This document shows positions 25,837 through 32,378 of a stretch of 32,378 nt of DNA, in pieces. Position 1 is the stretch's first letter. Every line of letters starts with the position of its first letter. Under the pieces are notes generated by a model. The model had not been told where the DNA came from, did not search any database, and was given only the letters and a program-made list of their open reading frames with translations. The DNA is taken from the NCBI GenBank assembly GCA_023140385.1, contig JAGLLT010000012.1, positions 1 to 32,378 of the forward strand, read 5' to 3'. The position numbers were made by a program, and so were the translations under genes. This DNA is from Candidatus Omnitrophota bacterium. Its GTDB lineage: Bacteria; Omnitrophota; Gorgyraeia; JAGLLT01.

Positions 25837-26498
25837 AGTATTTCGTACTTTCTTTTCCGACCTCTATAGTTTTTAAACAGGCCTATTATCCCCAGCCCAG
25901 CCAAAAATCCTCCTATATGGGCCAAAAAAGCAATCCCCTGATACTGCGGCGAAGCGGTGTATATCAATTGAAATATAAACCAGACGATTAAAAAGAAGCT
26001 TGCCTTAATCCAGATAAAACGCAAAAAGAAAAAAATCGGAACTATAGTCAAAATCTTCGCCCCGGGATATAAGAGCAGATAGGCGCCAAGAATTCCCGAG
26101 ATAGCTCCACTGGCGCCCAGCATAGGCACCCCTGATGCGTGGTGAATAAGGGCGTGTGTCAAAGCCGCTATAACACCGCAGACAATATAAAAAAATAAAT
26201 ATCTGAAATGTCCAAGCGCGTCTTCTATATCATCGCCAAAAATCCCCAGAAATAACATATTTCCGATTAAATGCGCCGGGCCCCCATGCAAAAACATAGA
26301 ACTTATAAGAGTTAAGAACGGAGGCGTACCCTGGCTGTGAAAAATATTCCGGGGAACAAGGGCAAATTTGTAGGTAAACATAGCTCCCTCCTTACCGGCA
26401 AAAAGCTGATAAAGAAAGATTATAACGTTTAAACCAATAAGGATAAAGGTGATATAAGGAACACGCTCCAGATAATTATCATCTTTTATCGGTATCAT
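25827..26498 (-). CDS. Rhomboid intramembrane serine protease
   Basis: SMFLHGG.AHLIGNM, GASGAISG, AHIGGF. Confidence 0.95.
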   Translation of the reverse strand: MIPIKDDNYLERVPYITFILIGLNVIIFLYQLFAGKEGAMFTYKFALVPRNIFHSQGTPPFLTLISSMFLHGGPAHLIGNMLFLGIFGDDIEDALGHFRYLFFYIVCGVIAALTHALIHHASGVPMLGASGAISGILGAYLLLYPGAKILTIVPIFFFLRFIWIKASFFLIVWFIFQLIYTASPQYQGIAFLAHIGGFLAGLGIIGLFKNYRGRKRKYEILWP

Positions 26499-26971
26499 CC
26501 TTCATCCCCCAGCCACTTTTTTTCTAACTCATCGGTTATTTTCTGTTCGTCTTCATCTTCCAGCTTAGTCTTTGAGGCTTCATTAGTAGACGTCTTTCTC
26601 TTTGACATTTTCCCGGTAAACTCTGAAACCGACATAACCTTCCGGCAAGAACTTCCCACTTTAAACCTTATCTCCTTGTCGTCGGTCACCACAACCACCC
26701 TTCGCGGATTGCTGTCCTTTGAAGCTAATCTAATAATCAAATTATCCGCCGGTTCACCCTCGGAAAACAGAACAACAAAACTGCTCTTATGCGGCGGCGC
26801 CACAACATCGCTTCTCCCGTCAAAAACCACCGTTACTTTATTTCTGCCGCACAGATTATGCCTTTTGATAATATCCAACAACTCCTGCCGTCCATCACTC
26901 AACTCCTTATCGGCAAGGCCGTTAATCTTATGCAAAACATTATAACCGTCTATCAGGTAATGAAGAGACAT
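26495..26971 (-). CDS. NYN-domain (YacP/Rae1-like) RNase
   Basis: LIDGYNV, VVFDG, FS..ADNLI, VVTDD. Confidence 0.88.
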   Translation of the reverse strand: MSLHYLIDGYNVLHKINGLADKELSDGRQELLDIIKRHNLCGRNKVTVVFDGRSDVVAPPHKSSFVVLFSEGEPADNLIIRLASKDSNPRRVVVVTDDKEIRFKVGSSCRKVMSVSEFTGKMSKRKTSTNEASKTKLEDEDEQKITDELEKKWLGDEG

Positions 26972-27903
26972 TATTTTCCTTTTCGGCTTTTAAAATAATC
27001 GCTTAATATCCGCCTATGATCAAAGGTAATCTCATCCGGCAGTTCGCCTTCTCTAAAAAACTCCGCCTTTTTGGCATCGCTGGCCGCCTTTGGTTCATCT
27101 TCCGTCCCGGCCGTAAAAACACAGGATATGGTATGAAAACGTGGATCCCTGTCAGGCTTAGAATAAACATGAAACTGCTTCAGCTCCCTTACCTTGATAC
27201 CGGTCTCCTCCTCCGCCTCTCTGCCGGCCGCCGTTTCTACCGACTCGCCCACCTCTACAAAACCGCCCGGCAGAGCCCAGCCAAAAGGAGGATTTTTTCT
27301 CTCAACAAGAATTATCGCGCCGTCTTTCTCAATAATGATATCCACTGCCGGCACAGGATGCCTCTCTATCTTCTTTTTTATTCTATCAAGGTGCTCCTTA
27401 AATACTTCCTTAAAAGTCCGGTAAGCCTTCTCATTAAAGAGAACAAAAATTATTTTTTTCAAGCCGCGGTTATACCAAGTGAACCCCACTACCTCTTCAA
27501 GCATTATCTTGGCGGCCTGCTCCGGTGAAAACCCTCCTACTCCGCAGCCAAGCGCGGGAAAGGCAATTGAGGCTATATCCTTCTCCCTCGCGGCGCCAAG
27601 AGCGCTCCTGGTTGCCTCTCTGATAATGGACTGGTCTGTTTTAAAATCTACTCCCATCGTAGCCGCGTGAATAACATACCTGGCCTTTAAATTGCCAGCG
27701 CCTGTTATAGCCGCTTCTCCCTTTTTTATGGGGCTGATTTCGTCCGCCTCCTTCTGTATTGAAGGCCCGCCCTTTCTTTTTATAGCTCCCGCGACGCCTC
27801 CACCCATAAGCAGTCTGTTATTGGCGGCATTGACAATAGCGTCAACCTCTATTTCCGTAATATCTCCTTTTATTACCTCTATTTCAATACCGTTTGTTTT
27901 CAT
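26971..27903 (-). CDS. Macro domain fused to a NUDIX hydrolase
   Basis: [35 protein letters not shown] box [23 protein letters not shown] and RDPR. Confidence 0.92.
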   Translation of the reverse strand: MKTNGIEIEVIKGDITEIEVDAIVNAANNRLLMGGGVAGAIKRKGGPSIQKEADEISPIKKGEAAITGAGNLKARYVIHAATMGVDFKTDQSIIREATRSALGAAREKDIASIAFPALGCGVGGFSPEQAAKIMLEEVVGFTWYNRGLKKIIFVLFNEKAYRTFKEVFKEHLDRIKKKIERHPVPAVDIIIEKDGAIILVERKNPPFGWALPGGFVEVGESVETAAGREAEEETGIKVRELKQFHVYSKPDRDPRFHTISCVFTAGTEDEPKAASDAKKAEFFREGELPDEITFDHRRILSDYFKSRKGK

Positions 27904-28440
27904 TCAGTATTTCTCCTTAATCTTATCTCTACACACAGAGCAAAACTGCCCCCTTTTAAAATCAACTTCTCTAATACTCTCCGAATAAGTCATTACGCAA
28001 CTTTTATTATGACAATGGACCAGGCCCAGAAGATGGCCGATTTCATGCGCCGCCTCCTTTGAGAGGCGCATAAGAAAGAGGACCGCGTTCTCAGGCAGAT
28101 TATAAAAGCTCTGATAAAGCCGTTTGGCAGAGACAAGGCACACTTTACCCCCCACAGAGTCTGCCTGTCCAAAAACAAAATTAAGATTTGCCGTATACAA
28201 ATCTTCATCCACTATCCCCAAAACCTTATTATAGTCCTCTAAAACAGAATTATCCAGCATACCGCGCAATATCTCCGGACTGTTATATTGCCTTCTTTTT
28301 TTATTGAAAGCGGCCAAGGGCAGCGGCAGTGACAGCACACTGTCTGAAAAGTCCTCACTTTGGAAAACACCCTCCAGCCGGCCTTTTAACTTCGCGAAAA
28401 GTTCATTATCCGCTTTTTTAAAGAAAACTATAGCTATCAT
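27904..28440 (-). CDS. Archaemetzincin-family Zn metalloprotease (M54)
   Basis: LNFVFGQA, HEIGHLLGLVHC...CVM...FCSVC. Confidence 0.92.
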   Translation of the reverse strand: MIAIVFFKKADNELFAKLKGRLEGVFQSEDFSDSVLSLPLPLAAFNKKRRQYNSPEILRGMLDNSVLEDYNKVLGIVDEDLYTANLNFVFGQADSVGGKVCLVSAKRLYQSFYNLPENAVLFLMRLSKEAAHEIGHLLGLVHCHNKSCVMTYSESIREVDFKRGQFCSVCRDKIKEKY

Positions 28441-28610
28441 CCTGATAAAATACCCGCTAATCTCCGATTTTCAGCCTATTATAACATACCCAACTTCCTA
28501 TCTCAAATCTTTTATATTCCGGTTTTTTCTAATTACAGGGCACTATTGACAAGTCACCTTTTATGTGCAATTATGATGAGAGAGAATAATCAACCACCGG
28601 GAGGCAATTT

Positions 28611-30035
28611 ATGTTTGACGACAGAAGCAAAAAGTTTAAAAATCAGTACGTTCCTCTTAAAAGGATGGACGTTGATAAATACATTCCTTTTGTCGGCAAA
28701 GATAAAATTAACCACCTTAAGTTTCTCGCCGAACCGCTCCTTCATAAGGTCTGGGCCAACGTCAACTCTACTATAATCGGCGGCGGTGTAGCAGAAATGC
28801 TTCAAAGCACCGTTCCTTTTGCCAAAGGACTGGGAGTTGACTGCAGGTGGTTTGTCATAGAAGGCACACCGGACTTCTTTCAGGTAACCAAAAAATTCCA
28901 CAACCTCCTGCAGGGCGTAAAGCAGGATATCACTATGGAGGAGGTCTTTCACGCCTATCTTGACACCCTCAACTGGAATACGGAAAAAACCAAGATAGTC
29001 GGCCATCTGGTGGTCATCCACGACCCTCAACCGGCGGCTATAGTAATGAGCGGCAACGTTTATGGACACATCCTCTGGAGATGCCACATCGATACCTCTC
29101 AGGCATCAAGAAGAATCTGGAGATTTTTGTTACCCTACATTAATCACTTTGACGGAGCCATATTCACCGCCAACGAGTTTATCAAGGAGCAAATTCAGGT
29201 GCCAGCCTATGAGGTACACCCCTCAATTGACCCGCTGAGAAAGAAAAATCACCTCTTTACGAAAAAAGAAGCCCGTGATATACTATCTGATTTATTTAAT
29301 GAGCATAATATAGACCCTCATCGCCCGATTGTGCTGGCCGTCTCACGTTATGATATACACAAAAACCAAAAAGGCATAATTCGCGCTTTTAAGCTCCTCA
29401 AAACGACTCTTTCAAAAAAGATTAAGCCCTATCTGATTATCGTCGGAAACACCGCTTCGGATGACCCCGAAGGAGAGCAGATGTACGCTGAAATTGAAAA
29501 AGAAATAGGCGGCGACAAAGACATTCAGACATGGCTTAATATTAAAAACAATGATGAGGCCATCGGCGCTTTAATGTCACTGGCGGACTGCTTCGTCCAC
29601 CTTTCAACCAAAGAAGGTTTTGGCCTGGTAGTTACCGAAGCTATGTGGCAAAAAACACCGGTCATAGGAAGCAAAATAGGCGGCATTAAACTTCAAGTCA
29701 TAGACGGAGAAACAGGCTATCTTGTCGAGCCTTCAGATTACAAATTAGCGGCCAAAAAAATACAATCTATATTAGAAAACCCTGCCGAAAAAAGAGAGTT
29801 TGGCAGGCAGGCTCACGAACACGTCAGAAACAACTTCCTTCTGCCCTCTCTGGTAGAAAAATACCTTATCCTCATGAGATACTATCTTGAGATTGACAAC
29901 AAGATACCGCCCTTCAGGCTTAATGAACTCACCTATAAAGAAATAAAATCAGCTCTTTATGGAAGAACTGTTTGGCCATTTTCTTCTAATGACCTGAAGA
30001 AAAAGATTGAAACAATTCTGGAAGGGATGCTCTAA
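28611..30035 (+). CDS. treT: TreT-like GT4 glycosyltransferase (trehalose synthase)
   Basis: VNST..GGGVAEML, FFQVTKKFHNLLQG, IHDPQP, WRCHID, PSIDPL, EGFGLVVTEAMW. Confidence 0.8.
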   Translation: MFDDRSKKFKNQYVPLKRMDVDKYIPFVGKDKINHLKFLAEPLLHKVWANVNSTIIGGGVAEMLQSTVPFAKGLGVDCRWFVIEGTPDFFQVTKKFHNLLQGVKQDITMEEVFHAYLDTLNWNTEKTKIVGHLVVIHDPQPAAIVMSGNVYGHILWRCHIDTSQASRRIWRFLLPYINHFDGAIFTANEFIKEQIQVPAYEVHPSIDPLRKKNHLFTKKEARDILSDLFNEHNIDPHRPIVLAVSRYDIHKNQKGIIRAFKLLKTTLSKKIKPYLIIVGNTASDDPEGEQMYAEIEKEIGGDKDIQTWLNIKNNDEAIGALMSLADCFVHLSTKEGFGLVVTEAMWQKTPVIGSKIGGIKLQVIDGETGYLVEPSDYKLAAKKIQSILENPAEKREFGRQAHEHVRNNFLLPSLVEKYLILMRYYLEIDNKIPPFRLNELTYKEIKSALYGRTVWPFSSNDLKKKIETILEGML

Positions 30036-30042
30036 AAGGCTG

Positions 30043-30390
30043 TCAGCCGGGAGGCCAGGTAAATTTTCTACCGCCTAAAAGATGCAGGTGCAAATGAAGA
30101 ACTTCCTGGCCGGCGTTTTCTCCGCAATTAAAGACTAACCTGTAACCATCTTCATTGAGGCCTTTATCTCTGGCAATTTTGTTGGCCGCCAAAACCAGTT
30201 TTGAAACAATATAACTGACATTCTCATTCAAATCCGATACCTTCTCAATATGAACTTTGGGCACGAGTAAAATATGAACCGGTGCCTGAGCCCTAATGTC
30301 CAAAAATGCCAGTACATCGTCATCTTCATACACAATATCCGCCGGAATCTCTTGTTTAATAATCTTACAGAAAACACAATTGTTATTCAT
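30043..30390 (-). CDS. hinT: HIT-family nucleotide-binding protein
   Basis: CVFCKII, AFLDI, GQEVLHLHLHLLGGR. Confidence 0.93.
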   Translation of the reverse strand: MNNNCVFCKIIKQEIPADIVYEDDDVLAFLDIRAQAPVHILLVPKVHIEKVSDLNENVSYIVSKLVLAANKIARDKGLNEDGYRLVFNCGENAGQEVLHLHLHLLGGRKFTWPPG

Positions 30391-30423
30391 TTTATCACCT
30401 TTCTTATTACCGCTTTTACCCGC

Positions 30424-31308
30424 CTAAGCGAAAACTACAGTGCGCCTGTCGTAGACAAGAGTCTTTCTTTTCAAATGATACCAAATAGCCCTGGACAAAA
30501 CAATCTTTTCCAAATCACACCCTTTGCGAATAAGGTCTTCTATGCAATCCGAGTGGCTAACTTTAACAACGTCCTGCTCAATAATGGGGCCTCTGTCCAA
30601 TTTTGAGGTCGCGTAATGACTTGTGGCTCCAATCACCTTAACCCCGCGCTCATAGGCCGAGTGATAAGGCTTTCGGCCGGGAAAGGCTGGCAAAAAAGAA
30701 TGATGTATGTTAATAATCCGGTTGGGATACTCTTTAATAAAATTATTGCTCAAGACCTGCATATAACGCGCCAGGACAACGAAGTCAACATTATGCCTCT
30801 TTAATAGCTTGAGTTCCTTCTCTTCCCGGGCCTTTTTATTTTTCGGGGTAATTTTAAAAAGATGGTAAGCAATGCCAAACTTATCGGCTACGCGGCGCAG
30901 GTCGGGATGATTGCTGATAATCAAGGGTATCTCCATCCGGAACTCACCCGATTGACAGCGTGATACAATATCATACAGGCAATGTGAAAGCTTAGACACA
31001 AAAATGGCCACTCTGGGGACTTCATAAGAAAAATGCAGCTTCCACTTCATTTTAAATTTGCGGGCGATTAAAGTTTCAAATTCACCCGCGATATTCGCGG
31101 CCGGGATTTTAAAGTCTGCCAGCTCCCATTCAACACGCATAAAAAACACCTTTTTGTATACATCAACGTGCTGGTCAAGATAAAGGATATTGCCGCTGTT
31201 TTCTGACAGAAACTTGGTAACCGCGGCTACCAATCCTTTCCTGTCGGAACAATGTATCAGCAAAATCGCGGAGCCGGAGCGTTTTTTCTTATTCAGTTTA
31301 ATACCCAT
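30424..31308 (-). CDS. purU: Formyltetrahydrofolate deformylase
   Basis: N-terminal ACT domain; LARYMQVLS, INIHHSFLPAF, GVKVIGATSH, GPIIEQD. Confidence 0.95.
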   Translation of the reverse strand: MGIKLNKKKRSGSAILLIHCSDRKGLVAAVTKFLSENSGNILYLDQHVDVYKKVFFMRVEWELADFKIPAANIAGEFETLIARKFKMKWKLHFSYEVPRVAIFVSKLSHCLYDIVSRCQSGEFRMEIPLIISNHPDLRRVADKFGIAYHLFKITPKNKKAREEKELKLLKRHNVDFVVLARYMQVLSNNFIKEYPNRIINIHHSFLPAFPGRKPYHSAYERGVKVIGATSHYATSKLDRGPIIEQDVVKVSHSDCIEDLIRKGCDLEKIVLSRAIWYHLKRKTLVYDRRTVVFA

Positions 31309-31317
31309 ATTTTTCCC

Positions 31318-31779
31318 TTATTGTTTATCCTCAGAGGGCATCCAGGGCCTGCTTCCTGATTTTAGTATAACCCTAATCATCAAAAATATAAAGGCAAAAA
31401 AGCTTAAACTCCCAAACGGTGAAAAACACGTACTTATATCTCCCGCCTTTCCCAAACCATACTGAACGACACCATAATGGTAACTTAATAAAATAAGGAG
31501 TAAAAAATTAGAAGCAAGGTAACCTTCGCGGTAATAATAGAAGCTATGCTTTTTGCAGATTCTCTGATAAAGGATGTCCATATAAAAAAAGAGAAGACAG
31601 CCGGCGGAAATAAAAGACGTAAAATAAAATATAGCGGCTTTATGACTGAGGAAATAACTCCCGCCTGCAAGTATTAACTTAACTGGCAGTGAAGAGTTGG
31701 GTGAGTTGTAAAAAACAATGCTTAAAATTAGTGAACTAAGCGCTATGGCGCCGGGAAAAATTTGTTTTCTAATTCTCAT
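31318..31779 (-). CDS. Hypothetical membrane protein
   Basis: About 4 hydrophobic segments; start moved to 31779 so the ORF does not overlap tRNA-Leu. Confidence 0.55.
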   Translation of the reverse strand: MRIRKQIFPGAIALSSLILSIVFYNSPNSSLPVKLILAGGSYFLSHKAAIFYFTSFISAGCLLFFYMDILYQRICKKHSFYYYREGYLASNFLLLILLSYHYGVVQYGLGKAGDISTCFSPFGSLSFFAFIFLMIRVILKSGSRPWMPSEDKQ

Positions 31780-31809
31780 TTTTAAACTCACCGTAAGCCC
31801 GCGGTAAAC

Positions 31810-31898
31810 TGGTGCGAGGAGGGGGATTTGAACCCCCACGAGATTTAACTCTCACTAGGCCCTCAACCTAGCGCGTATGCCAATTCCGCCACCCTCGC
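31810..31898 (-). tRNA. tRNA-Leu (anticodon GAG)
   Basis: GCGAGGGTGGCGGAATTGGCATACGCGCTAGGTT-GAG-GGCCTAG, long variable arm, GTTCAAATC, ending GCACCA. Confidence 0.96.
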
Positions 31899-31951
31899 AA
31901 TGTGATTTTTTACTATTCTATTCTTCTTTTTCCGCCGGTGAATATGACGCG

Positions 31952-32359
31952 CTATTTCCGGCCCTGGGATTGGCGCCATTGCTGATAAACAACCTGTCCG
32001 TCACGCACCATTTCTTTATAAACTACGCTTTCTTTTTCGACATCATAAATAATATCTGTCCCTACAATACTCCCCCACCAGACACCAATCTGTAAAAGTT
32101 TTTCATTAATCCATGTAAGAGTGGGCTCAGAATTGCTATGGTCAAGCAGGGTAATTTTAATCAGGTCTTTCCGCTCATTATAAATAAAAATAACTGTATT
32201 CCAGGGAGGCTGTCCCGTATAATCGGGGGCGCTGGCCGAAAACCAATAGGCTTTATTGGGCGAGAAGTGCTTTTCTCCCGGTACCAATTGGCGCGGAGAA
32301 TCCTCAAGCAGTATGCGGGAGGCAAACCTCTCCTCAAACGGCGTATGATAAAATCTCAC
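31952..32359 (-). CDS. Hypothetical protein, probably the C-terminal part of a gene starting beyond the window
   Basis: The frame stays open to the window edge; beta-rich sequence (FSPNK..., LTWINEKLL...WWG). Confidence 0.55.
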   Translation of the reverse strand: MRFYHTPFEERFASRILLEDSPRQLVPGEKHFSPNKAYWFSASAPDYTGQPPWNTVIFIYNERKDLIKITLLDHSNSEPTLTWINEKLLQIGVWWGSIVGTDIIYDVEKESVVYKEMVRDGQVVYQQWRQSQGRK

Positions 32360-32378
32360 CCTTCTCCATTTATCCGGC

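Noticed and set aside
27016..27528. 170-aa plus-strand ORF and other antisense ORFs (e.g. 28590-29087, 18185-18577, 17089-17460)
   Set aside because: They are shadows of well-supported genes on the opposite strand and have no recognisable motifs
28546..28580. sigma70 promoter for treT
   Set aside because: TTGACA is present, but there is no convincing -10 at 16-18 bp spacing
31780..31839. 5' extension of ORF 31318-31839
   Set aside because: Overlaps tRNA-Leu; MGVQIPL is the translated T-arm
1..32378. CRISPR array, rRNA or IS transposase
   Set aside because: No regularly spaced repeats, rRNA-like sequence or transposase motifs were seen

Overview
Bacterial chromosomal window. Housekeeping-type genes lie on both flanks: on the left a YHS-permease, pcm, a membrane spermidine-synthase-like protein and an MTAP-APRT fusion; on the right ybaB, DUF523, DUF4416, an EndoIII-like glycosylase, a rhomboid protease, an NYN protein, a macro-NUDIX fusion, an archaemetzincin, treT, a HIT protein, purU and tRNA-Leu. 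Between them is a ~15.7 kb genomic island (about 8084-23763) at the 3' end of tRNA-Glu(CTC). It is bounded by a 14-bp direct repeat of the tRNA 3' end, and no integrase is visible. All island genes are on the minus strand. The island carries an AbiEi/AbiEii toxin-antitoxin pair, an unusual PLD-nuclease/winged-helix/DnaD-like fusion, and two integron attC-like sites. It also carries a tightly coupled operon behind its own consensus sigma70 promoter: Xis-like HTH, membrane-anchored J-like protein lacking HPD, GrpE-like protein, atypical Hsp70, Ser/Thr kinase, FHA protein, Zn-ribbon membrane protein, further membrane proteins and a permuted NlpC/P60 enzyme. This Hsp70-kinase-FHA operon is the best candidate for an uncharacterised sensing or defence system. 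All domain calls come from motif recognition by eye; no searches were run.
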